Part shown: positions 17,026-27,300 of the stretch, in pieces
Layout of the letters: each line of letters opens with the position of its first letter
Numbering within the stretch: position 1 is the stretch's first letter
From: Phycisphaerae bacterium
Lineage (GTDB): Bacteria; Planctomycetota; Phycisphaerae; Sedimentisphaerales; Anaerohalosphaeraceae
Direction: 5' to 3'
Length of the DNA stretch: 64,000 nucleotides
Assembly (NCBI GenBank): GCA_016782835.1
Contig: JADHXS010000001.1
Location: 8,313-72,312 of the forward strand
Program-made: the position numbers and the translations under genes
Notes under the pieces: model-generated
Database searches by the model: none
Told to the model about the DNA's origin: nothing
The model's input: the letters and a program-made list of their open reading frames with translations, nothing else

Positions 17026-18021
17026 ATGAAACCTAAAGTGAAATGGTACAGGTTGAGATGGCGAGCTATACTTCTGTGTGTATTGATTGTCGCGGCATTT
17101 GCCGGCTATACAGGCTGGCGAATTTACGGAGCGCTGCGAGTACGACCGATAGGTTCCGGCCCGGCGGGACCGGCCGTTGCCGCAGCACCGTTTAAAAAAG
17201 TTTGGAGCGAGCAGGAGGTTGTCTTTCTCGGTGTCGGCGACAGCATTACTCGCGGATACGGAGGACCCGGGGGATTGAGCTATTTTGATCTGCTCGTACA
17301 AAACCACATTCAATACCCTGATATGAAGGACAGGGATTTATCTGGTGTATTTCCAAATCTGAAAGCAAAAAATGTGGCGGTCGATTATACGATTTCGCAG
17401 GAGCATATTGATCGACAATTGCCAAAAATTCCACACTATAATAAAAGTATTCACGGTATTATTGTTTTGACGTCCGGCGGCAATGACCTCATCCACGATT
17501 ACGGACGCAGCGAACCGAAGCATGATGCCATGTACGGCTGCACATATAAACAATCACAAGAATGGTGCGAGCTTTTGAAAACCCGACTGGATACGCTGCT
17601 AAAAGGTTTGATGGAACGATTTCCCGGAGGTTGTGATATTTTCTTTGCGAACATCTACGACCCGACCGATGGCGTCGGCGATCCGCAGACGATGATGATG
17701 GCTCGATGGCCGGATTGTGTGAAGGTACTGGCATTGGCAAACCAAAAAATCGCTGAATTGTGCGAACAATATCCGAATGTGCATTTGGTCGATATTCATT
17801 CGGAGTTTTTGGGACATGGCATTCATTGCGATGAGCCATGGCGAAAGCATTACCGCAAAGACGACCCGCATTTCTGGTACGCGCCAATCTTAGAGGATCC
17901 AAACATCCGTGGGCATGATGCAATTCGCCGTTTGTTTTTGAATGAAATGATTCGAATTTATGTGAATGAAAGAACCGCGAATAGGCACGAATTAACACAA
18001 CTCAAACAAAAAGCTGCATGA
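17026..18021 (+). CDS. SGNH/GDSL-family hydrolase with N-terminal membrane anchor
   Basis: FLGVGDSITRGYG block I, GGND block. ATG 17026 follows AAGGAGG; the in-frame ATG 16975 also has an SD. Confidence 0.7.
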   Translation: MKPKVKWYRLRWRAILLCVLIVAAFAGYTGWRIYGALRVRPIGSGPAGPAVAAAPFKKVWSEQEVVFLGVGDSITRGYGGPGGLSYFDLLVQNHIQYPDMKDRDLSGVFPNLKAKNVAVDYTISQEHIDRQLPKIPHYNKSIHGIIVLTSGGNDLIHDYGRSEPKHDAMYGCTYKQSQEWCELLKTRLDTLLKGLMERFPGGCDIFFANIYDPTDGVGDPQTMMMARWPDCVKVLALANQKIAELCEQYPNVHLVDIHSEFLGHGIHCDEPWRKHYRKDDPHFWYAPILEDPNIRGHDAIRRLFLNEMIRIYVNERTANRHELTQLKQKAA

Positions 18022-18042
18022 TGGGTGAGAAAGGAGGCTGCC

Positions 18043-19425
18043 ATGAAAACCAATTTCAATCACTATCGATTGGCCGGGGCAGCGGGAGGATTACTGTTGG
18101 CGGCCGGACAGTTTTGGGGGCCCGCTTGTCTGTTGCAACTGGCCGCACTGCTTCCCTTAATGCTGCTGGTTCTTAAAGACCGCCGCATCGGCCCCGCGGC
18201 CCTTTCCGGCTTCTACATGGGGCTGGCCTACACCCTCCCGCAAATGGTCTACCTGCTCATGCCGGTTCCCGTAACCGCAATTCTCCTGGTCTGGATGACA
18301 CTTTTGCTGACGCTGCTTTGCATGGCGATCGCCTGTTTTCTCCCCAAACACCCCATTCTCGGCCCGCTGGCCGTCGGCGCCGTCTGGGTCATTCTCGACT
18401 GGGTCAATTACTCCGCCATCCCCATCTGGGGCATGGCCCAGTCGTTCGCCCGAAGTTGGACCGCGTATCCATTCGCCATTCAGTTCATTTCCATCACCGG
18501 CATCAGCAGCGTCTTGTTCGTCATCGGTACACTGGCAGGATTAACCGCACACGCAATAACCTCCCGGCCTGTCCGCCGCCCGTTCATCATCACAGCCGTT
18601 TCCATCCTATCACTGCTCGCCATCATTAATACACTTATATGGATTCAAAAACCTGTCGACACACTGAAAGTCGCCGCCGCCGGCTGGGTCTTCGACGACC
18701 GCAGCGTAGACATTAACCCCAATGAACCGAAAGGCTTCGAAGAACTGTTCGCCAAACCCGCCCGCCAAGCCGCTGAACAGGGCGCACGCATCTTCACCAC
18801 CGGCGAGATGGGGTTTTACATCGCAGGGCACGAATGGGATGAGCGCATCGAATCATTTGCGAATATCGCGAAAGAAAACAACCTCTGGCTCATTGTCGGG
18901 TACTTTAATGTCACGGATGACGAAAATCGTGTCTTCTTCATGTCGCCGACCGGCGAAATCATTCACGAATACACCAAAACCCATTTAACGCCCTTTGAGC
19001 CGGGTCAAAAAGGAAGCGGCGATTTAAAAACCGTCGAAGTGGACGGCCTGACCGTCGGCGCGATGATCTGCCAGGACGATAATTTCAGCAAACTAACCCG
19101 CCATTACGGCAAGCTCAAAGCGGATATCGTCCTGTGCCCGACCGCCGACTGGTGGACCATCAAAAATGCCCACCTGCAAGCCGTTCGCGCCCGTGCAATC
19201 GAAAACAATTACGGGATTGCCCGCGGCGCGGCCTGCGGTATCAGCGCGGTTCTTTCACCCCGCGGCCAAATTCTCGCCAAACACGACCATTACAACTCCG
19301 GCCCCGGTTTCGTCATCGCTGATGTCCCGGTCTATAAAGGCAAAACCATCTTCGCCCGATTTGGTCACTGGCCGGGATTGGGGCTTTGTTTATTTTGCGT
19401 GATTGCTGTATGGAAAAAAACGTAA
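18043..19425 (+). CDS. apolipoprotein N-acyltransferase-like protein (polytopic N-terminus plus carbon-nitrogen hydrolase domain)
   Basis: E/K/C triad context TGEMGF, KTHLTPFEPG, GAMICQDD. ATG 18043 follows AAAGGAGG. Confidence 0.65.
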   Translation: MKTNFNHYRLAGAAGGLLLAAGQFWGPACLLQLAALLPLMLLVLKDRRIGPAALSGFYMGLAYTLPQMVYLLMPVPVTAILLVWMTLLLTLLCMAIACFLPKHPILGPLAVGAVWVILDWVNYSAIPIWGMAQSFARSWTAYPFAIQFISITGISSVLFVIGTLAGLTAHAITSRPVRRPFIITAVSILSLLAIINTLIWIQKPVDTLKVAAAGWVFDDRSVDINPNEPKGFEELFAKPARQAAEQGARIFTTGEMGFYIAGHEWDERIESFANIAKENNLWLIVGYFNVTDDENRVFFMSPTGEIIHEYTKTHLTPFEPGQKGSGDLKTVEVDGLTVGAMICQDDNFSKLTRHYGKLKADIVLCPTADWWTIKNAHLQAVRARAIENNYGIARGAACGISAVLSPRGQILAKHDHYNSGPGFVIADVPVYKGKTIFARFGHWPGLGLCLFCVIAVWKKT

Positions 19426-19427
19426 CG

Positions 19428-20651
19428 CTATTTTACCGTTGCTTTTTGTGTAACGTCAGCTTTTACAACCGGAAATGTTTTAATCCCCGTCAATTCAGCA
19501 ATGCGTTTGGGGATATCCGTATTATCCATCGTGCCGGCAAACTTTTCCGCACCCGGCCCAAAAGCAAAAATCGGCACATTCGCCGCCGTATGCCCGCCGG
19601 TAGACCATTTGGTTTTGACATTACCCGTATCGGGGTCAACGTTGAACGTCAGACCGCCGGTCTCGTGGTCAGCCGTCACCAGCACCAGCGTATGCCCGTC
19701 GCGCCGGGCAAACTCAATCGCCTCCCGCACGGCCATATCAAACAGCAGTGTCTGTCGAACGACGCGATCGGCATCATTGGCATGCGCCGCCCAATCAATC
19801 TGGCTGCCCTCAATCATCAAAAAGAATTTCGGCGCCGGAGCAAACCACTCCTGGGTTTTGGAACTGAGAAGATCGATTGCCGTTTTGGTCATTTCCGATA
19901 GCGACGGCTCCGGGTCAAATGTCGTCATCCCTTCATCAGCAAATAGGCCAATCACCGGTCCGGGTTTCAGTGCCAGCATTTCATCCCGCGTATCAATCAC
20001 CTGATAACCTGTATCCGCCGCTTCGGCAAGCGTCTCATCCGTCCAGAATTTTTGACCACCCCCTAAAAGAACGTCCACCCGATTCTCGAATTGCTGAATG
20101 GCAATATCCTTTTGTTTACCGCGCGAATCTATATGCGACGCAAACACCGCGGGCGTCGCATGGCTAATCGGCGAGGTCACCACCAGTCCCGTCCGCCAGC
20201 CCTTCTTATCCAGCACCTCAAGGATGCTGCTGTAAACCGTCTTGTCAGGAGTCATCCCAATCATGCCGTTGTTGGTTTTGACCCCGCAGGCCATTGCCGT
20301 TCCGCTGGCAGCCGAATCGGTAATACCCGGATTGGCCGGATGGGTCATAACCTCACCCTTTACCGGCAGCAACTCCATCCAGAGCGTTTTCGAAGACCCT
20401 GTGTAATGCCGCGTCAGGGCCACATGATTAAATCCCATGCCGTCACCAATGCAATAAATGACCGTGCGAACTTCCGCATCGGGCAGATTAACCAGCATCG
20501 TGTCAGATGCAGGTCCACGATAAAACGAAATGTCCCCATCCCCAGCCGGCGGCGCCGCCATGCGATAATAAAACGTCTCCATCGAAGGACAGCAGCCCGC
20601 CCCCAAAAGCAGTACTATTAAAACCAAGGTTGATAGTTTAAAAACTTTCAT
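19428..20651 (-). CDS. alkaline phosphatase (PhoA family) lipoprotein
   Basis: DSAASGTAMACGVKT active-site Ser motif. Start MKVFKLSTLVLIVLLLGAGC (lipobox) preferred over the track start at 20702. Confidence 0.85.
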   Translation of the reverse strand: MKVFKLSTLVLIVLLLGAGCCPSMETFYYRMAAPPAGDGDISFYRGPASDTMLVNLPDAEVRTVIYCIGDGMGFNHVALTRHYTGSSKTLWMELLPVKGEVMTHPANPGITDSAASGTAMACGVKTNNGMIGMTPDKTVYSSILEVLDKKGWRTGLVVTSPISHATPAVFASHIDSRGKQKDIAIQQFENRVDVLLGGGQKFWTDETLAEAADTGYQVIDTRDEMLALKPGPVIGLFADEGMTTFDPEPSLSEMTKTAIDLLSSKTQEWFAPAPKFFLMIEGSQIDWAAHANDADRVVRQTLLFDMAVREAIEFARRDGHTLVLVTADHETGGLTFNVDPDTGNVKTKWSTGGHTAANVPIFAFGPGAEKFAGTMDNTDIPKRIAELTGIKTFPVVKADVTQKATVK

Positions 20652-20652
20652 C

Positions 20653-21540
20653 TTATCCTTTCGCTTTGGCATACCAGTCCGGGTCCTGTGCCAGTTTTTC
20701 ACGCGCCTCGGTTGTCATCATCTCGAACGCCGGATGCGACGTGTCCCACGCACGGTCCGTAAACGATGTGCTTTCCATCTTGCCGATTTCGATTTCCGCA
20801 TTGTCAAAATAGGACCCGTAAATATGCAGCGAATCGCTGATATCCACATAGCGGCCCACCTTCACCGGGGCACCGATTTTTTCAGATATCTTATCCGCAA
20901 TCGTTTTCTGCAAGTCCGTCAATGCATAGGTATTCATAAACCACGCCTTATATAAATCCCGGCTGCGCCAGTGCGTATTCATATTCAGCACATAGCCGCC
21001 CATCTCCTGCACCAGCCGGCACCAGATACGCTGCAGACACGGCGGGTCCTCCGTCTTCGGGTCACAGCTCGGCATCCACGTAATCGCTTGCGCACGACGA
21101 GTATGGCTGCATGCCGAAAGCGAATCAATGATATACTGAATCTGGTCAACGGCAATAAACGGTTTGGGACTGTTCGAATCACGCAATTCCTCAACCGGCG
21201 AATACGCAAACAACCGTTCGTGATAGGTATAGGTCCACTTGCCCGCCGCCGGGTCAATCCAGTGGTCATGAATGCCACCGACCACTTCCTGCCGATACGC
21301 CTCCAACTCTTCCGGCCCGCCCGGAAAATTCTTATGAATCCGAGGCTCATTGAACGGATTGGCAACCGTAATCATTACCGTCGCGTCCTTGCTCAGCGGG
21401 TCGCCGGGTTTGTCATACTGCGTCTTGATCGCAAGTCCCTGCCGCCAGACCGCAACCACCGCTTTTTCCCACGCCTCGGGTAAACATTCCGCCGTGACGC
21501 TGATTGTCGGAACATCCGCCGTCGTCAATGATAAGGTCAT
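20653..21540 (-). CDS. divergent thymidylate-synthase-fold protein
   Basis: Catalytic-Cys motif DPPCLQRIW and HWRSRDLY (R-S-x-D). Confidence 0.6.
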   Translation of the reverse strand: MTLSLTTADVPTISVTAECLPEAWEKAVVAVWRQGLAIKTQYDKPGDPLSKDATVMITVANPFNEPRIHKNFPGGPEELEAYRQEVVGGIHDHWIDPAAGKWTYTYHERLFAYSPVEELRDSNSPKPFIAVDQIQYIIDSLSACSHTRRAQAITWMPSCDPKTEDPPCLQRIWCRLVQEMGGYVLNMNTHWRSRDLYKAWFMNTYALTDLQKTIADKISEKIGAPVKVGRYVDISDSLHIYGSYFDNAEIEIGKMESTSFTDRAWDTSHPAFEMMTTEAREKLAQDPDWYAKAKG

Positions 21541-21562
21541 GTCTTTTCCTCCATGTTGAAAA

Positions 21563-23209
21563 TTACAGTCCTAATTCCTCGTCCGTTATTTCGTATTTCT
21601 TTTTATACTGGGGCGGCACTCTGCGAAGCAATTCACGGGCTTGCTGAGCGTATTCCGTATTGGGGTATTTTTTTAAAACTTCCCGGCAGGCTACTATGCC
21701 CTTTTCCGGGCTTTTGCCGCGAATTTTCCGGCAAGCCTCGATTTCCATTTGAGCCAATGCCAGCAGATGGTCGGCAGTAACCTGACCTTCCAGCGGTGTT
21801 TCCGTTGGCTTAGCAATTTTTTTACCACTCGCTTGTCCGGTAGTCGGAACCGAATTCGGATCGCCCGCCGGACGATTCGGATCGGCAGCAGAATGGTTCA
21901 GAGCCTTTGGAGGTGTCACCCTCCAAGGTCTCAGCCCATCCATTCCCATAAGATCCTCTCTAAATTCACGGACACGCCCCGCCGTCGCCTGAGGTTGAGC
22001 CCCATCCAGCGAAATCTCAACACCCGTCAAAGATGACAGGATAAACGCGGGCATAAAATCTGCCGCGGGACCGGCATATCGGACAATGCCTTCTTTATCT
22101 GCAACCAGCATAAACGGAATTTGCGCCTTTACTCCGACATAGGCACTCGCACCGGACGCCGAATCGGCCGCATAGACCACCGGCTTGTCCATTATTTCAT
22201 GAGCAAAATCATCCTCCATACCTGTAGCCACTCTTTCAGCGTCTTGCAGGCCATTGGTGTTTAGCAAGAAACAGGTAATTTGCGGGCGGTCCTTGAGAAC
22301 CTTATAAATATTACTAAAATACTGTTCCTGACTGTTGAGATTCAACTTTTGTGAAGAACCGGAGCCGCCCGTGCGCATCGCTTCGACATCACCATTCGCA
22401 CCGTCGCCGGCATCTTCGACATCGGCCCTGACAGGCTCGACCTGCCAAAAAAAGATACACAATGTATCCTCGCCGGGCTTGTACTCGACTTTTGAGCCGT
22501 CCACGCTCTTGTACTCAAGCCGCCCGAACCGTTCCTTCAGCATCTCCGAGCGCAATGCCGATAAATCAAATTCCAGCGTCCCTTTTCGACTATACGGCTC
22601 GGACGCTGATGCATTTCGAGCATTATTTATCGGGTCATTGTCTCGACGACGTCCCGGTCGACGATTCTCGGTCTCGTCCATATCCCGCCGAGGCTCGGGT
22701 TTTGATATTCTCGGCTCCGGCGGTCGCTTGCCGTTTAACAGGCAAAAAACCGCCTGACTGATCCAGGTATCCTGGCTGGATTCATCCATTTTACAGGCAC
22801 GCAGCGACCAGTTCATCGCATCAGGCAGATTGCCCTGATAAAAATCCGTCCACGCCTGCAGCAGCATGTATTGAGCTTTTTGTTCGTCCTTGTAAGCCGG
22901 CACAAAATGCTTATTTTCTTCAAGCATTGTTGCGGCCTGTGTAATCAAATCCTCTCCGGGGTGTTGATTCTTATTAACCGCTTGAAGAATTTGCCCCAGC
23001 AACGTATCTATTTCAGAACTCGACGCCTGGGCCTCCTGCCGCAGTTGTTCTCTGCGGGAGTTTTCAGGTTGTTCCCCGCGCTGCCGACCGCGATCTTCAT
23101 AGCCCCAAACTGAATTTACGAATAAGACGGTCAGGGTTATAAAAATGCCCTGCCGATACCATGAAATTGTGTGCAACATTGAGTCTCTCCTCAAAAACAA
23201 CCCCATCAA
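21563..23209 (-). CDS. hypothetical secreted protein with a TPR-like C-terminus
   Basis: N-terminal hydrophobic segment. C-terminal YPNTEYAQQARELL is TPR/YbgF-like. Confidence 0.45.
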   Translation of the reverse strand: MMGLFLRRDSMLHTISWYRQGIFITLTVLFVNSVWGYEDRGRQRGEQPENSRREQLRQEAQASSSEIDTLLGQILQAVNKNQHPGEDLITQAATMLEENKHFVPAYKDEQKAQYMLLQAWTDFYQGNLPDAMNWSLRACKMDESSQDTWISQAVFCLLNGKRPPEPRISKPEPRRDMDETENRRPGRRRDNDPINNARNASASEPYSRKGTLEFDLSALRSEMLKERFGRLEYKSVDGSKVEYKPGEDTLCIFFWQVEPVRADVEDAGDGANGDVEAMRTGGSGSSQKLNLNSQEQYFSNIYKVLKDRPQITCFLLNTNGLQDAERVATGMEDDFAHEIMDKPVVYAADSASGASAYVGVKAQIPFMLVADKEGIVRYAGPAADFMPAFILSSLTGVEISLDGAQPQATAGRVREFREDLMGMDGLRPWRVTPPKALNHSAADPNRPAGDPNSVPTTGQASGKKIAKPTETPLEGQVTADHLLALAQMEIEACRKIRGKSPEKGIVACREVLKKYPNTEYAQQARELLRRVPPQYKKKYEITDEELGL

Positions 23210-23299
23210 TTATCAATAAAGCCAATAAAATGGCATTTTACCATCAAAACCCGGCGCCGAAAAGAAAATCTTGGCTCGAATCAGCTATCCTTTAAGAAA

Positions 23300-23376
23300 T
23301 ACGAAAAAATTCGTAATTTTTTATTGACATCTTACGAAAGAATTCGTAATTTGTGTATTGTACGAAAAAATTCGTA
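23300..23376. promoter_or_regulatory. three TACGAA-N4-TTCGTA dyads (candidate BlaI-family operators)
   Basis: Dyads at 23300-23315, 23333-23348 and 23361-23376, each extended as TACGAAA(A/G)AATTCGTAATT. Confidence 0.6.
23324..23352 (+). promoter_or_regulatory. sigma-70-type promoter TTGACA-17-TAATTT of blaI
   Basis: Hexamers at 23324-23329 and 23347-23352. The middle dyad fills the spacer. Confidence 0.45.
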
Positions 23377-23443
23377 ATTCTGTGTAATGTTTTCAACGTT
23401 CAGGACGTCATAATAGCAGAAACAGGCTTTTCGAGGAGAAAAA

Positions 23444-23824
23444 ATGGCACGTGAAAAAAAACAATACCCCACCGAAAAGGAACTGGCAATCCTGAAGGTG
23501 CTCTGGGCCAACGGCCCTTCTACCGTCCGCCAGGTCAACGCCGAAATCAGCAAAGAACAGAAAACCGGCTATACCACCACACTGAAAATCATGCAAATCA
23601 TGACCGACAAGGGCTTGTTGATTCGCAATGACGTCCCCTTTAAGCACATCTACAAACCCGCCTTCAGCGAAGAAAAGACCGAAAAACAGATTGTTGCTGA
23701 CATGCTCGACAAGGTGTTTGCCGGCTCAGCGGAAAAACTGGTCATACGAGCCTTGTCAGCCAGGCAGGTATCGGCAGAGGAGCTGAAAAAAATCCGTAAA
23801 CTGTTAGACAAAATGGAGGAATAA
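23444..23824 (+). CDS. blaI: BlaI/MecI/CopY-family transcriptional repressor
   Basis: 126 aa. ELAILKVLW...STVRQV...GYTTTLKIMQIMTDKGLL winged helix. Confidence 0.85.
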   Translation: MAREKKQYPTEKELAILKVLWANGPSTVRQVNAEISKEQKTGYTTTLKIMQIMTDKGLLIRNDVPFKHIYKPAFSEEKTEKQIVADMLDKVFAGSAEKLVIRALSARQVSAEELKKIRKLLDKMEE

Positions 23825-23826
23825 CC

Positions 23827-24162
23827 ATGAACACACTCACAACCTTTTTATCCGAAGAAACCGTCCGGCAGATTGGCTGGGTATTGGTGCATTTCTTGTG
23901 GCAGGGCTGTGTTGTGATGGCATTGATGTGGGGCATTCTGAAGACCCTCAGCAAAGCATCGTCGAACACACGTTATATCGCCGCCGGCCTCGGACTGGTC
24001 CTGATGGTTCTGGCGCCGGTCATTACTTTCTCGATAACCAGCAGCAATCATACCATAGCCGTTCCCGGAACCGTAACCACACAACCTCCGGCCCCTTCAC
24101 AATTAACAACCGGTACCGACGACTTGTCTCGCCGTTGCTTTATGCGAAGGCAGAAGTCTTGA
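23827..24162 (+). pseudogene. N-terminal fragment of a BlaR1/M56-type sensor peptidase (two TM helices only, no HExxH domain)
   Basis: The ETVRQIGWVLVHFLWQGCVVMAL start is typical of BlaR1 N-termini. The ORF ends after 111 aa exactly where base composition drops. Confidence 0.55.
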
Positions 24163-24311
24163 CGAACGGGGATTTACAATTTACAATTGGCAATGAATCC
24201 TGTAATATACACCCGCAAACGCGACTTTTTTAATATTGAACGGTGGAAAATGGCGAAAAGAAGGACATTTCTTGAAAAATAAGGATTTTTGACGGCGAAG
24301 GGGTTTATTGG

Positions 24312-27300
24312 ATGGCGAAGACGAAAGCGGCGGGACAACTGACAATCAAGCAATCGCTTAATAAGAGTTTCAGAAAACTGCGGCCAACCCGAGCAGAAAT
24401 TGAAACACTTCGAAGCGGACTTGTAAAAATGCTTGCTGGGGTGAACCTGAAAGAATCGGAGGAGTATCATAAGAACTTAATCAGGGACTTTTTCAGTAAA
24501 ACTGCCTTTGTCGATTATTTCATAAACACAAAAGAACGAAACGATCTTGTTATTCATAATGACAAAAGCCCAAAATCCAGTGTTGGCGTTAGCATTGAAA
24601 CCAAACCACCCGGCAACAAAACTGAGATGCCAACGCCACACAATCTCAATAAAAAAGCAGTGCAACAGCTTGTGTTATACTTTTTAAGGGAACGCATACA
24701 TAATGAGAATAAGGATGTCCATCACCTCATCGTAACCGATCTCTATAAATGGTTTATTTTTGACGGCAAGGACTTTGAAAAGCATTTTTATGAAAACCCC
24801 AAGCTCAAAAAGGATTTTATTCATTTCGAGCAAAAACGTATGTCCTCTGAAAAAACAGAGGTTTTTTATAAGGAAATTGCTAGCCCAGCCTTAGAACAGG
24901 TAAAAAGAGAATTGAAATTTGTCTATTTTGACATTCGAGACTATGAGAAATATCTCGAAAATATAAATGATGAGAATGACAGGCAATTAATTGATCTTCA
25001 AAAAATCTTTTCAGCCATTCATTTATTAAACTTGCCGTTTGTAAATGACAGTAATACCTTAAACAAGCAATTCTACAGTGAGCTACTGCATATCATTGGG
25101 CTTGAGGAATACCGCGAAAAAGGGAAGAAACTGATTCGACGTAAAGAAAACGGCAAACGTGATGAGGATTCACTTATTGAAGCGACCATTTCGAAGCTTG
25201 TCTCTTTGGATAAACTTTCTCGCATTAAAGATATCGAGCAATTTGGGCAAAGCCGGGACGAACAGCTTTTCAATATCAGCCTGGAACTTGTGATTACGTG
25301 GATTAATCGTGTACTGTTCCTGAAACTACTCGAATCACAGATTGTCAGCTACCATGAAAACAGCCGGGACTATCTTTTCCTGAATACTGAAAAGGTCTCG
25401 GAATATGACGATTTAAGTACGTTGTTTTTTGATGTCCTAGCCAGAGAACCAAAAGAAAGACGAAAAACTATACAGGATAAATTCGCCAATGTCCCATATC
25501 TAAACAGCTCTCTCTTTGAACCGACCGAACTTGAAAAAGATACCATTGATATCAGCAACCTGCCTGACCATACAGCCTTACCCCTTTACAATAGAACTGT
25601 TTTGAAAAATTCCATTGGGAAACTGAATACGCTGGAATATCTTTTCCGGTTTCTGGATGCCTACGATTTTTCATCGGAAGGCAAAGAAGCAATTTCAGAG
25701 GACAACAAAACACTGATTAACGCTTCAGTACTCGGTTTAATCTTTGAGAAGATTAACGGCTATAAAGACGGGTCTTATTTTACGCCGGGATTCATCACAA
25801 TGTATATGTGCCGGGAAACGGTTCGTCGGGCGATTGTCGAAAAATTCAAAGAAAAAAGAAAAGATTTTACAAGTGATAATTTTATTGACTTAGTCATCTA
25901 TACTCAAAAAGCCTACGAAAAAGAAACTATAGAAGAATATAATAATATTGTCAATTCACTGAAAATCTGCGATCCGGCAGTCGGCAGCGGCCATTTTCTG
26001 GTTTCGGCATTGAATGAGATCATCGCCATTAAAGCAGAGTTGGGAATTTTGGTTGACGAGACTGGTAAACCTCTACGTGATTATGCGATCGATGTTGAAA
26101 ATGATGAATTAGTAGTCCTTGACCATCACGGCGAATTTTTCAAATATGACACAAAAGGTCGCCAAAGCCAGATTGTTCAAAAAACGCTCTTTCATGAAAA
26201 GGAACGTATTATTGAACTCTGCTTATTTGGCGTCGATATTAATCCCAATTCAGTAAAAATCTGCCGTCTGCGTTTATGGATCGAATTATTGAAAAATGCT
26301 TACTATAAAGAAAACGGTGAGCTTGAAACACTTCCCAATATTGACATCAATATCAAATGCGGCAATTCGCTGATCAGCTTTCTATTGCTTGATAGTAATA
26401 TACGAACGATTTTTGATGGTGATGTAAATTTAAGGCGCTATAAAGACAGCGTAACACTTTACAAACACGCCTTAAATAAAGATGTTAGAGATAAGATGCG
26501 GCATTTTATAGAATCAGTAAAAAAAAGATTACAGGCAAGTCCGATATATGAAAGCGCTAATCTGATAGAGCTAAAAAAGTTAACAGGAAAAGTTAATGAG
26601 CTATTAACTCCCCAAATGCTTTACGAAGAGTCTTCCGAAGAAAAGAAAGCAAGAGAGAAAAAGTTGGCTATTGTAAAAGCCAAAATTGAGAAGTTGTCGT
26701 TTAAAGTTAAAAAGGATGAGCTTGAGAAATCAAAACAGACGGCTTTAGAATGGCGTTTTGAATTTCCCGAACTACTTGATGCAAATACAACCGATTTTCT
26801 CGGCTTTGATATTGTTATTGGGAATCCTCCTTATATAAAAGAAAATGACGACAAAACTGTTTTTGACGGATTGCGGAAATTAGAAGTGTATCAAGGTAAA
26901 ATGGATATTTGGTACTTATTCTGTGGGCTTGGTTTGGATTTATTAAAAGATAACGGACATCTCTGTTTTATTGCAACCAATAATTGGGTTACGAATTTCG
27001 GCGCCAAAAAACTGCGTAATAAGATTGTCCATCATAGCAAACTATTAAAACTGATCGATTTTAATAATTTCATGGTTTTTAACGAAGCGTCCATTCAAAC
27101 GATGATATTAATGCTGCAAAAAAACCATGAAGAAGACAACTACAGTTTTGATTACCGAAAAGTTGTTGATGCCAATAACAACTTTAAGCATGAGGATATT
27201 TTATGTGAGCGAAACGATGTTAGTATGTCTAATGTCACTTTATTAACGCCGGTATTTAACCGGGAGAAAATGGTTGACCAGTTTTTTACTTTTGCCAACA

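Noticed and set aside
24250-24282. A 10-codon mini-ORF (MAKRRTFLEK) shares its first 8 nt with the start of the type IIG gene, suggesting a uORF or a duplicated start.
   Set aside because: It is too short to evaluate. The similarity is 8 nt only, and no regulatory structure is evident.
26519-26526. An A8 homopolymer inside the type IIG gene might act as a phase-variation switch.
   Set aside because: Eight A residues in an AT-rich gene is expected by composition. Known phase-variable tracts are usually longer or G/C-rich, and the frame is intact here.
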